Source: the human T2T-CHM13v2.0 reference genome, Homo sapiens. Taken from it: a stretch of 64,000 nucleotides of DNA. The stretch is taken from NCBI RefSeq assembly GCF_009914755.1, contig NC_060933.1; one strand, 5' to 3'. The stretch's first letter is position 1. Each line of letters begins with the position of its first letter. Under the pieces are notes generated by a model, which saw nothing but the letters and a program-made list of their open reading frames with translations, did no database searches and had not been told where the DNA came from. Positions 40,101 through 54,601 of this stretch are shown in pieces. Position numbers and translations under genes: made by a program.

Positions 40101-40425
40101 TAGACATACTTCAATTGATTGTGCTTTGCTTCACTTGGCTTCACAGATAATGTTTTACACAAATTGAAGGTTTATGACCACCCTGCATCAAGCAACTTTA
40201 TTGGCACCACTTTTTAATAGCATGTGTTCATTTGTATATCTGTGCCATATCTAGGTAAATCTCACAATATTTCAAACTGTTTAATTATAATTATATTTGA
40301 TATGATAATCTGTAACCAGTGACCTTTGATGTTACTATTGTAATTGTTTTGGGCACCATGAACCACATCCATATAAGACAATAAATTTAATCAATAAATG
40401 TGTGTGTTCTGACTGCTCCACCAAC
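40101..40425 (+). mobile_element. Tigger1 5' end fragment
   Basis: acaaattgaaggttt, ctcacaatatttcaaac, ctttgatgttactattgtaattgttttggg, gtgtgttctgactgctccacc. Confidence 0.88.
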
Positions 40426-40483
40426 TTAGACAATTAGTTTTAGATCTTTTATTTAGACGATGAGAAAATTTAAACTATAAATA

Positions 40484-40782
40484 GGCCAGGTCTGGTGGCT
40501 TATGCCTGGAATCCCAGCATTTTGGGAGGCTGAGGTGGGAGGCTCACTGGAGGCCAGGAGTTCAAAACCAGCCTGAGCAACATAGGGAGACCTCAGCTCT
40601 ACAACTGAAAAAGAAATAGCCAGGTGTGGTCATGGTGGCACCTGTCTGTATTCCAGCCACTTGGGAGGCTGAGGCAGGAGGTTTGCTTGAGTCCAGGAGT
40701 TTGAGGTTGTGGTGAGCTACACAATGAGCTATGGTGGCACTACTACACTCCAGCCTGGGCCATAGAGTAAGGCCCTGTCTCT
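40484..40782 (+). mobile_element. AluJ-type lacking a poly(A) tail
   Basis: ggaggccaggagttcaaaaccagcctgagcaacatag, ccaggagtttgaggttgtggtgagcta; ends ccctgtctct then aactgg. Confidence 0.9.
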
Positions 40783-41281
40783 AACTGGAAGTCCAAAGAG
40801 GGATCTACTTCCAAGACTATTAATTTAATAGATCAATAAATTAATCAAAAATATGATTTTTTTCTCATCTTTCTCTGTAGTCATATTTTATACAGACTTT
40901 TTGTTTAAGTAATCTCTCTTTATGGGCAGACAATGATTTCAGAAACACCACAAATTATTCTCAAAGAGAAAAGACGAGGATTTTTTTTTTTTTAGAAAAT
41001 GTAACTCTTTTCAGTAGCTCTTGGCAGACCTACCCTCACATTTTCTTGACTAAAAACAGTCATTAAAAAAAGTCAGTCAGAAACAGGTGAATTTAAATTA
41101 TCATGGTTTACCTATGCTTAACAAGCTTTATCCTCAGAGGTAAGGATAGGGTTACTTTCCTGAATTTTATATATGTGGAAATATTTGGAGTTATGTCAAT
41201 AAATGAAAAAGTGTGATGGATATAGTGCTTGCCATGGAATATACCAAATACAGATATTCTGAAAACTTTAAGTTCAGTAAT

Positions 41282-41897
41282 ATGCCAGGGGTTCCCAAGA
41301 CCACTTGAGACCTGGTAATTTATTGGAAGTCTCTAAGGGAATCAGAAGCTGTAGTACTCATTGTTACAGTATATTACAGTAAAAACAGTACAGATAGAAG
41401 TCAGCTAAGAGAAAAGACAAATGAAGTGAACTCCAGGAGAAACCAAGTCCAAGCTCTCAGGTGTCCCCTCCCAGAGCAGTTGCATGGGGACATGTTTAAT
41501 TATCCCAGCAACAATATGTAAAGTACAAAGCATTGCCAACCAGGAACACTCGCTGGAGCCTAGTTGTCGAAGGTGTTTACTGGGATCAGTCGCATAGTCA
41601 TGTAATGCCCATATGATTGACCTCAGCTCCATGACATTTAAGCACAACTTTCTTCCTACACCCAGAGTAAAAACAGATGTTCACATAAGTCACGTTGATA
41701 ACATAACCTTTTCTGGTCGAACTGGGAGAGTATGGCCCAAGACTTCAGGAAAACAAGAACACTTTTATCAAGCAAAATACTCCAAGGGCTCAGAGATGAA
41801 CTCCTAGTCTAAGGTCTAGTCCTGCAGAGGGACCCCTCTTTGGAATGTATAGTATTTGAGCAATTCAGGCCAGTCAAGTTAAACCTTTTCACCCATG
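41282..41897 (-). mobile_element. MER77/MER21-family ERVL LTR
   Basis: ggggttcccaagaccac, ctccaggagaaacc, gtcccctcccagagcagttgcatgg, gccaaccagg, ccaagggctcagag, ctttggaatgt. Confidence 0.7.
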
Positions 41898-41929
41898 CCT
41901 AAATGCTATTTAATAAATGTAAATAACAA

Positions 41930-42550
41930 CGATGAGATAGTTTATTAAACATTTTTATTGAAATCCACAAATAGTATATAGTTAATTAATTTTAACAAAG
42001 TGATTGTACATATTTCACAATAAAATTCCCTTAAATTACCATCTGCTCCATCTGCAAGTAATTATTATTCTGATTGCTAATAACATAGACTTTTTTTAAC
42101 CTATTTTTGAAGTTTTATAATAGAATTAAACAATATATATTCTTTTCTGGATGGCTTCTGTTACTCAGAAATGTATTTAGGAGAGTCATCAAAGCTCTCT
42201 TGGGTATACCATTTATCCTTCTTGCTTGATAATACTCCATGTATGTATATATATGCTATGATGTGTTTATTTTACTCTTGATGGATAACTGCAAAACTTC
42301 CAATTTAAGCTGTTGTGAATAATTCTTTAATAAAAAATTTTGTACATTTGCTGAATATGTTTATGTGTTCCTGTTGGATGATAGTAGCAGAATTATTGGT
42401 CACAGGGTATGCATATACTTAATTTTAACAGATAAGGTCAAATACCTTCCAAATTCATTTTAACAATTACAGTCAACCTGCATTGTTTTAGAGCCCCGAT
42501 TGCAGAGTCATTTTGGATTAGTTTGTCTTTCTCTTATTGATTTTAATGGA
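41930..42550 (-). mobile_element. L1ME 3' end, antisense; probably continues at about 43470-43920
   Basis: cagaattattggtcacagggtatgcatat, aataccttccaaa, gtttgtctttctcttattgatttt. Confidence 0.55.
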
Positions 42551-42554
42551 TAGT

Positions 42555-43170
42555 GTTAGGCTGTAAATAAAGTTATTTACGCATAGTAAGAACTTTCTCA
42601 ACAAATTTTACTCAGACTTCTGCTCTACGCTAAGAACTAGCTCTGGAAATTAATTCACAGAAAGAACATGGTTAGGGGCCATCCTGAGGGATTTACCTCA
42701 CTAGGGATATATATTTACATTTCAAGAGAAGATGAGACCCAGTAGATGCATCCCAGAAGTTACAAAGCCGGAGAGTCTAGTGTTATCTTTCCCCTAGAGA
42801 GATTTATTTTTATCCAAATGGTTAGAGTAAGAACTCAGATTTCCTTCCGTTTTGTGACTATGGAGACACACTCAGAAGGGGGTCAGAGCAACTGGGTCAC
42901 TCTTCCACAAAAATGCTCAGGTTCTTTTTTCCAGAGTTCTTTGCCTACAGCAGATCCCCTTACATGTAGGACATCTGGTTCTCACCACATCACCACCACG
43001 GTAAGAATTAGTGGAAAGGAGAGCTAGGTTAAGGGCAGCTGTTTCTTTCCTTCTCTGCAGCCTCTGGTACCAAGTACTGCATGACATGTGTCTCACAACA
43101 TTCCTGCCTCTGCACCTCTGTGCTACGACACTGGATGAATCTATGGAGTGAGCAATAGAAAGTCTCTGAA
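42555..43170 (+). mobile_element. Old ERVL LTR remnant (MER74/MER54/MER73 group, tentative)
   Basis: GC-richer block interrupting L1ME, with partial similarity to that family (aaatgctcaggttct...agagttc...catctggttctc). Confidence 0.3.
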
Positions 43171-45974
43171 CTGCCAGAAACAACTTCATTTTACATGGAA
43201 GTGGCTTTAAATCAAGCACATTAACCTCAATGAACTGAAATTAAATATGTCTCTATTCAACTTCCCCTTAGCTGAATACTAAAAGTGCTGTAGGCTGGAC
43301 CCGCACTACCTGACAGGGAGATAAATGACTAAAGGCAAATGGGAGTCAAAACAGGTGTGGCTTTTCTTATTTTTAGTTAAGCATCTTACATAGCAAATTT
43401 TGCAAAACTCGTATGACCCCGAGAAAGACCCATACACATGAAAGGTCTTAAAGATTTAACTTTCTTAGCTTTAACGTAAGCTTTCCACTGGATTTTCCCA
43501 TTACACTCATTCCATAAAGAAATGAAATAATCATGTATCTCATTATATAATTATACTAAATTGATCTCGACACATTTTCTTAGCAATATATACCAACATT
43601 GTTTCCAATATTGTTTATTACAAATGATGCTACAGTTGAAATCTTTATATCTGAACGCTTGTGTGTGTGTGTGTACCTATTCTGTGTATAACACTGATTT
43701 TATTTATTTGTATAGGCCTGGAAGTGGAAATACTGTGACATAAAATAGAGGCACAGCAAATTATTCAAGATGTCGACAAACAGCATTGTTTCCAAGTTTT
43801 TGTTCCCTTACAATCCTTGCCATTGGCCAATCTCTCAGAATCCCGTGTTGCTTAACATTTAGTAGCTTAGTAAATATTTTAAATCTCAGAGATTTTACCT
43901 AACTGATACCAGGGTTTTTAAAATTTGTTTATATAGATTAAGCATCTTTGAAGAAATAACAGTATGCAAAAAATATGGTTGGTATTCTTCATGTTAAAAC
44001 TATCTTAAACTCTTTTCCAGAGGAAAAAATAACAAAATAGAAACCAATGAAGGTCTTTTGCTTGGTGATTACATATATTGATTACCTGTGTAAGTTAAAC
44101 AGATTGGGAAAAGGAAATATCCAAAATTGTGCCTAGAGTATATCATGACATCATGTATATATGTAAATAAGTTAATTTTTGTAATTGCAACATAGAGAAA
44201 AATGTTATTTTAAATGAATAAAAATAAATAGAACATAAAGTAATATTTCAGCATATTAAATTTAGGAGTAAAAACCTTTGACATCCCTGAAAATCTTTGG
44301 TAAAAAGTCCAGATTATGATAACTTGGCTTTAATGAACTAGGAAATAGATGGATAATAGCACACACATTTTTAGCATTGTAGGGATTATTTTCACTGGTT
44401 GTAGGATCAACGCACTTGGTTTAAATAATGGTTCTGAGAATTTAATTAATTAATTTAATTCATTTTTGTTAGGAAAATAAATTCATTTCTAGACACAGGA
44501 TATTTTACAATTGGATCATATTTCAAAAAAGAATCACTGTGTTTTTAATGAACAAATGTCACATAAAGAAGTCTTTTCAAAAAGTGCTTCAAAAACTTAA
44601 ATTTGAAATATATGCAACGGATCCACAAGGTATCTAATAATTTTTATTTTTACCAAGCTCATGAGTAAGTTAGTTAGCCCTGAAACAGTTTCGGAGAAAA
44701 AAAAAGTGTTTTAGTTTCTTCATCTGTAAAATATTTATGTTGCAAATGATTGAGCAAATATATAAATTTAAGCAGTTTGATCCTAGAACTTGTTGTGTTT
44801 AAGAATATGGATTATTGAGAAGTACTTCACCATAGTATTTATCACATAGTATGTCCTAATTGAAGATTAAGTATGGTTGTAATCATAATAAAGTATTTTG
44901 AAAATTCTTTTGAAAACTGTTTTAATGAATTATAGATTGAACACTGAGATAAGATGGAGTTATCCATGATCTTTAAGACAGCAAAATTAGGTCTTGAAAT
45001 TAAAATTGAAATGAATATAATACACATATATTGATTTTATGTCGATGTTTTATAATCAAATCTGATTAGAAAAAGGACATTGGTATAAAGGTTCTCCACA
45101 TCTTCTCAGTCACCCTACTTCATTTTCTAAGGGAATTACATTACGTACTTTTATTTTATTTCTTGTTATATAGCTGTATCCTTTCCTTGATTTCTTGGCT
45201 TGCTTCTGCTCTCTTCTGCTATGCCTATCCATCAGTTTCCAGAGCTCAGAAAAACAGTTTTTAACAGCCTAATATATGTATTTGGCAATTTCCTCCCATA
45301 ACTGTGATTTAATATTCATGGCCACATAAAGGGTATAAAATATTTTGCACTCGGTGTATACACATTTTCTTTATATCACTTTATCTTTCATCAATAACTC
45401 AATGGAAATCCCGTTAAGAGAATATGAATAGCTCTAGTTGGTATTCAATGTCTGCCTAACATTTCATGTTGACAAATTATCATAAACTATTCAATAGAAG
45501 AATTTTACTAACAATATATCGTTAACATTCTAAAATATTTTTGTATAATCTAGACTTTGGTGGGAACAAACCTTGGAACAAACTGGTTCCAAGGTTTCTT
45601 GGAGGGGAGTGGTGAAAAAGAAATGGGGAAATTTATGTTTTTTGAATTTGTCAACTTATTGAGGAGGGGTAAGTAGAGAAATTGACTAATTTGCTAAGAC
45701 AATAGAAGGCATCTTTATTTCAAATAGTACTTGAAAATTATGCATCTAATTGTGAGGTCAAAAAATTGAAGATACCCCTTAATAAAGAAATAAAGGATAG
45801 ATCTTCCAAAATAACAAGGATGTAGTGGAATGAATAAAAATGTATCAAGTCAGCAGCAATAAGGTAAAAATATTAGAAAAGTAATGTTAAATAGTTGTCA
45901 GATGGAAGGATATATTTGAGCAAATATTTTGTTAAATAGATGACAAAAAGGTAATATTTATACATTACATATAT

Positions 45975-46294
<320 letters not shown>

Positions 46295-48571
46295 TCACAG
46301 ATGTCTTAAAATTCACCTGATAAAGTTAGGAGCCTCAAGAAAAATTAGCAGAGGAAAATAATAGGTAGTTACTATTTAGGGTAAACTAAACTGTTCTAAG
46401 GAATAGAAAATAAAAATTCCATGTCTTCAAAAATAATTCTTCCCTCTCAATCTCTCTGAATATCTCATAAGAGTATTCAGGCCACAGAAATAACTACCAT
46501 TTAGCCACTCAGAGGCTTATAGTAGTTCTACTAACTTTAACATTTGGCAACCAAAATTACTCTAAGAATCATCACCCAAGTCAGACAAACAGGTAAGATA
46601 ACAAGAAAAAGTGCTTGTATAAGGATTTAAGACCAAGGCTCAGGGACAGCAAATATTCTATTTGCTAAAACTAAGCCACATGCACACACCAAGCAAGAGA
46701 GCCAGGGAAGTGGATAGGCACAGGCAGTCAGTCCACAGAAGAATGAATCAAAGTGCTGAACTTTCATAGAAAAATCTGTTAAGATTCATGGGTGGTAAAG
46801 AAAATACAAATTAAAATAACACAGGAATGTCACCAGAAAAACCATCAAATAGGTAGCATTTAAAGATATCTATAGGACTTATTGTTTCTAGTGTTCTCTC
46901 ATATATTTCTGGTGAAGAATAATTTATTGTAGAGCTTTTTGAAACAATCTGACAATTTATATTGCAATTAATTGTACTTATGCCATCTGACCAAACAATG
47001 TAACTCCTAGGCTTTTTGCCAATATGACTAAAATCATATGCACAATAGTGGTTATTACATTCTTTAGCCCAGTAGCCATTAAATTCCTTGTGCCCTTAAA
47101 ACCTAAAAGTTCACAGGGAGAAGACCTCTTACTGACTTGTAGAATCTCAATACTACTTATCTTGAAATTTCAGTAAGTGTTAGGTAAAAGAGTTCATTTG
47201 GGATAATCACACTATGATAGTCTTTAGCTTTTGAATCGGAATCCAAATTTTAGTTTAGAACAGCAAAGTTTGCGCCTAAAGATTTCATGAAGTAAAAATA
47301 CTAATTGTGATTATATATCTAAATATTTGCACATCTAAAGTTGTCTTTTACCCGTAACCAGAATAAATGATACCTTTTTTTAAAAAAAAAAAAAAAAAGA
47401 AGAGTAATCTATCTAGAAAATGAAAAAATTAGGCTAAAATTGTGACAAGTAATTTAAATGGATATAGATTTATAAAATTAAACTATTTCTCAATTTTGAG
47501 AGGAAAAAATCAAGGAAATCAAATATACCTTCTCTTTCTTTTGTCAACAGATGTATGCTGTCTTAATTGATGCTTAATTTATTTTTCCATTACATAATTT
47601 TAATATTGTAATAATTATAACAACAGACACAAAATGAAATTTCTGTATATTTATGAAAAATGCTAAAATTGTAAAGTAATTTAAATATATAGGTTTAATT
47701 TATTCATATGATTTAAAATTTTATGTCATTTTATTTTATTTCTTAATTGTTGCTATAATTAAATGTTAATAAAATAAAGTCTTTAAAAATTCTGATTTGG
47801 CCTTGCAATATGCGATTAGAACACCTGTAAAAATGCAAACATATAAATAATGCAAAAATAATATTTGAAAAATGTAATCGTTCTTAATGTTATTGAACAT
47901 CCAAAATTATTGACGAAGTATTCAGAAGCATTTTAGATTATTGTAAAATATTATTTAAATTATATTTAATTAAAAAATGATATACATTACTCAGTAAAAA
48001 GAAAAATAGATAATCAAGAAAAGCAAAACTGAAAAGATGAAAATGTTTTAATATTCAAGAAGCAATCCTGTCTTTTTTACTGAATTAAGGGCCTTCCCTG
48101 CAATAAAATCGATTATGCTCACATAATAAAGGTATATCTTAATAATTTAAGTGAAGAAATAAAATCTGTCATCACTTTCACTTTCATCTGGAAAATAGTA
48201 CCTCGTAAGTTTTTTCTGTTGCAGACTATAAACATAGCAGCAAATTTATTAACTTGGCACTATTATATAAGGTGCATAATGAGAATTTGTAAAATGGCAA
48301 AATAGTTTTTTCTAGTCCTATAATCAATTTATCATCAGAATAGCCTCAGACTCTATACAGATTCATTCTATAAACAGTATTGGTGAAAAATCAGATGTGT
48401 TTCTGTTTTCTGTTTGTTTGTTTGAGACTATCATTGTTGAATATACATCAAGCAAAATAGTTAAAGTAAAGCCTTTGGGGTAACGTGGTAAATTCAATAA
48501 TATGTATATGTGCACACACACACAAATACACATCCCAAACAACCACAAGAAGAGTAACAAATTTATAACCC

Positions 48572-48858
48572 GGGTGGGCGCGGTGGCTCATGCCTGTAAT
48601 CCCAGCACTCTGGGAGGCCGAGGCAGGCAGATCACTTGAGGTCAGGAGTGAGACCAGCCTGGCCAACATGGTGAAACTCCATCTCTACTAAAAATGCAAA
48701 AAATTAGCCAGGGCGTGGTGGTGCGCACCTGTCAGCTACTCAGGAGGCTGAGGCAGGAGAATCGCTTAAACCCAGGAGGTGGAGGTTGCAGGGAGTGGAG
48801 ATTGCACCACTGCACTTCAACCTGGTTGGCAGAGCAAGACTCTGCCTCAAAAAAAAAA
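48572..48858 (+). mobile_element. AluSx-like
   Basis: gggcgcggtggctcatgcctgtaatccc ... gatcacttgaggtcaggag ... A tail. Confidence 0.93.
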
Positions 48859-50464
48859 TATTATTACCAAAAACCTCACTAATTCTGTACGTCAGCATTT
48901 ATTAAAATAAGGATAAGAGAGAGCTACTGTAGATATCTCTAAGAAAATAAATAAATGATTATTGAATGTGTAGTTAATCTTCTTTTTGTTTGCCCATTTC
49001 TCTTTAGAGCCATGTGCATGAATTACATTTGCGAGCTGGATTACCAAGGGCTTCTCTGAAATGGCAAAGAAAATAATGTTTGATTTCAAAATGCAATAAT
49101 AGTAGCTATATGAAAACATGACCTTTGAGAGATTATTCAGCAAATAATACACTTAATGAAACTTGTTTTTTAAGAAATAGATATTTCAGAAAATATGGTA
49201 CTACATATGATTGTTGCCAAATCATTCTGTATACTTAATGGTTGTTCAGCACTTTCTGTTTTATAAAGTACTTTCAAATATATCAATTCAGTTAGCTAGT
49301 ACCCAAATCCTTGATGTAATCACTGTCATATAACATACAAGCAAACTGTGTGTAATGAATCACACTGCAGTTGGAGTACAAGAGTAGGCATCAGGAAAGT
49401 GGCAGCTGTGTCATTTTGAATAAAGGCTGTTGTGGGAAAGGTTCCTTCAGACAGATCCCTCTCCCTAGGTATTTATGTGGTGAGAATAGCAGGTGGGGTT
49501 TGTGGAGTAGAGTCCGGGGCTTGTGCATCCTTAATTCAAGTAACAGCACTTGAATTAAAGGTTTATCCTAACTATAAAGCTATACATTTTTCTCATGATG
49601 TATTTGAATATATTCTTTTTAAGGAAAGAAAAAAATGTAGTCATATAAATGTTCAGGTCCTGAAGTATATGTATGTCACTTATTGCTATTCTCTTCTGTA
49701 TTTTATGTGAATGCCACAAACATTTTTAAAATTTTAAAGAAGTAAACATATATACAACATAGATTTTTAAAATGAGATATATGCTGAAACAAAGTTTTGA
49801 GGAGGTATAATGTTCCGAAATGTAATTAGATGACAAATTATTTCTGGTACACATTTCCTAGCACTTATATTTTTCACCCACTCATAAAACAATGTGAAGT
49901 AGGTCATACTGAGTCACCAAATTAAACATTCAAATTATTCTACATCTCCAAAAGTAGCCCATAATTAAAAGGAATTTCATATTGGAATAACTGGACCTAA
50001 TTTGCTTATTCATTAAATTGTGTCCAAGTGTAGTCTCTGAATTATATCAATTAGGGAACTAGAAGGCATACTTAAAAAGAGCTGAATTAACAGTGCAAAT
50101 AAAGTAACCACTGTGGATACTTTTGAAAATTCTAGTATTAATTTTGTTAGTCAATGCAATGGAAATACATCAGTAGCATAGTAATAAAAAATATTTCTTT
50201 TTATAGCATCTTTGATAATTATAAAATTAATAAAGATTTATTATTTAAAAAAACAGAATAATTCCTACATCATTAAAATCACAAGTAACTCCACTGTCTA
50301 ATTACAACAACTATTGCGGATTTTATGTATTTTCTTATCATTTTATTTATTTATAATTGATAGGTGAGTATTAAAATTAGCCTGACATTATTTTATGATT
50401 AATAATTTATTTAAAATATATTATATGATTAAGTGTCTATTTAAAATTAAGCCTGTTAAAAATA

Positions 50465-51349
50465 AAACTATTGATCTTTCCTATCCTCTAATCCCAAATT
50501 TGCTCCTCCCAAATTTAAACCCAGGTGAGTAATTCCAACTCTGTTCCTCCCATAGTTCAGGCCAAAACATTGCCAATATCATGGACTTTTGCCTCTAATA
50601 TACAGGGTTCAAATATATATTGTTTGCATAGAACAATTTCAATTTATAATTTACATAGTTTATAGTTTACAACAGCTTCAGGAATAGTTTACACGATAGT
50701 TTCCTCACTAATTTCCCTGTTTTCTCTTTTGCTATGCTATGGTCTATTTTCACAGATCAGTCAAACTGTTACTGCTAATTCTTTAAAGAGGCGATTGCTT
50801 TTCTGTTTAAAACCCTTCATGGCTGCCAATTAAATAAACAAAAGTTCTTACCATTTTCTAAGAAGCTTTATGTGACCATCTCCCCATGGAGTGTGACCTC
50901 ATCTCCTCTGCTGTATCACATTGGCATCCTTAGTGGAACCTCACGGGTGCGTTCATACACCAAGGCCTCATTTGCTATTTCTGCTCCCTGAAAATATGTT
51001 CTCTCAATTATGCTCTTGGCTCATTCTCTCATAACCATTCATTGTATTCAGATGATACCACCCATCGAGGCTTTCAGCAACCATCTTGTTCAGTATCCAG
51101 CACCTCTTGTGCCCAGAACTCTCTATTCCCCTTCTTTGCCACATTTTTTAGAATAGAACTTAAACCATCTGGCATACAACACATGATACTTTGTGGTATT
51201 AATTACTGTTTTTCTCCCAACACTGGAACAACAGCTCTGTGAAGCCAAGACATTCTGAATGTTATTTTCACTATTTTTTCCCCAGTCCCTACAAATGGGC
51301 CTAGAATATACATAGTAGATGCTCAATAATTTGTTGGGGAACAAATGAA
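50465..51349 (+). mobile_element. L2a 3' region
   Basis: gttcaggccaaaac, tgtttaaaacccttcatggct, tttgctatttctgctccctg, tagtagatgctcaataat..gttg terminal motif. Confidence 0.75.
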
Positions 51350-52621
51350 AGTTGATCCTCAATAATATTTTATAATGAATAGGCTTACAATTTATGAAAA
51401 AGCCATAACTTATTTAGCCATCTCCCTAAATTTGCATGCTTTTGTAAGTAATATCATGGTTGTGAAAACAATTATGTGTGTATATACGTATATGTATATA
51501 GGTATTTTATGGCAATGATATACATACATGTATAGTCTTCTGTAATATTTACAGGTGCTTTTGTTTTGCTTGCATTATGCAGCATATATGATTTTATAGC
51601 TAGTATTCTGGATGTCCACGAAACATCAATTAAAAAGAAACTAATATTATTAAATAACAGACCTGTTAAAGTGGTAGTCAAAATATTCTTTCCCCATTAT
51701 ATACCTCAGAGATTTCTGATGAACCCTTTTGTAATCTAACTGTGGCTGTAATGATAATAAATTTTTTCTAGATAGTTTTACAAACACTTTTTAATCTTCA
51801 AAATTCAAGGCTAATGTATGCATGTTGAATGATTATGGCATTCATATATAAGCTATGTTTGGAACCAGAACTTACCAGTGCTTATATTTATGTGTAGGTA
51901 TGATAGACAAAGCATAGGAATAACAAGATATCATTAGTTTATTATTCATTAAAAATATGAGTAGAACTGGTTTTGCTCTGTAGTTTTTGCTATGATAAAC
52001 CTTAGCCATGAAAATAACCTGCTATTGAGCATGTGTGTCATCCATCTTATGACTCACCAAAAATGGGGAAATGAGTCTAGAACCATCAAAGCAGTTGACA
52101 ACAGAAGTGAGATTTCAGCTTGGATGCATTTTATTATAAAAGTAGTATAATTATATTCAAGAATTTGTTAACCTTTTATCTCACTAAATAAATTTCAATA
52201 TTCATTATAAATAACAAATTCAAGCATTTAAATATTATTTATATATTCTTAATTTTTGTTGTTTGTTTTAACTACACATGTCAATCCTGTTATGGAATGA
52301 CATCAACATCCCCTTGTCAAGAGGATATTTTTAAATTTCCACATGTACATTTTAAGAGTTTGATACAACCCTATTTATCTATGATTTTCTCTTTCCTATA
52401 ATTAGTAATTTTCACTGTAGAAGACTCACTTATAAAAGTGTATATTATTATCATATTTGGATGATAAACTAAAATTTTGAAATATTTAGAAGCATTGTTA
52501 TGAACTCATTAAAATTATCAGAATCAATTCATATAAAATGATATTTAATATTTTCTTATACATAAATTAGTGACATTAATTGTTTTATACTTTAATTTGA
52601 TTATGAAAACTTTCTATGTGT

Positions 52622-52731
52622 TTTTGAATTTGTGTAACCTTAGACAGATTGCTAAGCCCATTTCATCATGCATTAATAGAATAGGATTAGATAATCTCTA
52701 AGGGTCCTTTTGGCTCTAAGATTATATGATT
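52622..52731 (+). mobile_element. MIR3/L3 3' end
   Basis: tgtgtaaccttagaca...ggattagataatctctaagggtccttt..gctctaagatt.tatgatt. Confidence 0.65.
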
Positions 52732-54601
52732 GTAATTAATGGCACTGCAGATCTTGTAGAGGGACATTAAAATGGACCCATACCTGAAGTTACTTTTCAA
52801 TTGAATTAGTACTTAGGGAGTTGAGACAGTAGAAACAAGGAAGGCAAAACAGTCTTTCATAACAGATCATAATAAATTTGCTAATATTATAGAAAGGTCA
52901 TTGGAAAGTGTTTGTCCTTTTTTTTTTAATAGGACCTTCCCATTTTCACTTACAGTTTTGAATACATTTATACATTTCCTTCTTCAAGCGTCATTTAAAT
53001 TAAAAGTGTTTCTATTTTCTCCAGATGGAGTTTCAATGCTCATAAACATTTACATTAAGAGAGAATATAGTACCTATTATCTAACTTAAGTTGAAAAAGA
53101 ATGAAACTGTAAAATATATTTACCAAAATAACTAAAGATTTACTTATCTTCGGTAGGCCTGAATTAGTTTACCTTTAAAAAGCATTCATTGATACAAATT
53201 TTAAAAATCCATGTAACAGACATCAATCAAATGTGATTTTTCTCCAGTTTATTATTTTCTGCCAGGGGAAATAAAATGCAATAATCACATTTTAAATATA
53301 CATCTTTTTAAATGATTCTGTTGTTATACATATGATTGTTATTAATATTTTTACTATTATTGAATGCCCCTGTACTGACCTTTCCAATTTGATAGTGCAG
53401 TAAGAAATAAACTTTTTTTTAATATTGAGAATTAGAAATGACCTGGTAATTTCTTTGTACTAGAGACCACTAATTGTCCATATAATGATTCTTTCATTTT
53501 GTTTAGTAATAGAATCCTAAGTACATATGACCACAAGCAGGAGATTACCTTCTATAGTCTCTTATCAGTGATTAATTTTGATCAAATATAATATAAATTA
53601 TATTATGAGCATAAATTTAAGTTAATCTCCATAAAGACAAAGCTGATTGTTTTTACATCTCTTCTTACACATTTTACTGTCTGGAATGCAGAAGTATTGC
53701 TGAACTTAGCCATGAGGATGAAACACTAAGATAGGATTATAAAGAGAATACAAGATGAAAATCTCCTGGGGCCCGGGATGAACTCATGGAAAAAACATCC
53801 CCACCAACTCTCTTAATTGTTGGAGAGAAATATAAGACTACAATAAGGGTCACTCCTTATACTCATTATTTTTGAGTTAGAGATATTGACAAGTGTATCA
53901 AACTATATATTTTCTCCCACAAGACATTGAGGGGCACACTTCTTTTATTCTCCAAAAGTAACAAAAAATGCTTTGGTGTCTAATTTTTAGCCTGCAAGGG
54001 CTGTCATAGTGTTGTTTTCAAAGACTTACATGTTTTATTTCCTTACCTCACTGCAACATTATAAATTTATCTTCTGTGCTAACATCATGATAGCATCTAA
54101 TGGTTCCAAGAGTGAAGATTATCACTAGTTTATGAACCTTTGTATTCCCCAAAAGAGAAAGAGATATTACATAACCAAATTCCAAGTATGATTAACCAAG
54201 ATTTTTCTAAAATGTTCCACTTCTCAATTCTGTCTACTAATTTGAAATAACTGAGCAAAATACATTTGCAACATGATAATTCTTCAAACTCGGCTCTTAT
54301 ACCAAGCAGTACTGATGATTGGGGCATTAAAAAAACCAATAAAATTGTTTTGCAAAACAACGAAGTGAAAAATATGCTCAGCTTATCTTACACAATATTG
54401 TTTTCTATATCAAAAATGGCTAGATAACCTTAGAAAAAATGGCATATACATTATTTACCTAAAAGTTATAGTAATCTGGGTAGAAGCTTAAAGTGACCTA
54501 TCCTGTCATATAGTTGTCATTAACTAGGATATTAATTATTCTTAAAAGGATGCAAAATTTTTCCAAGGGATGTGCATCTGCAGACAGTTTTAAGGGACTA
54601 T

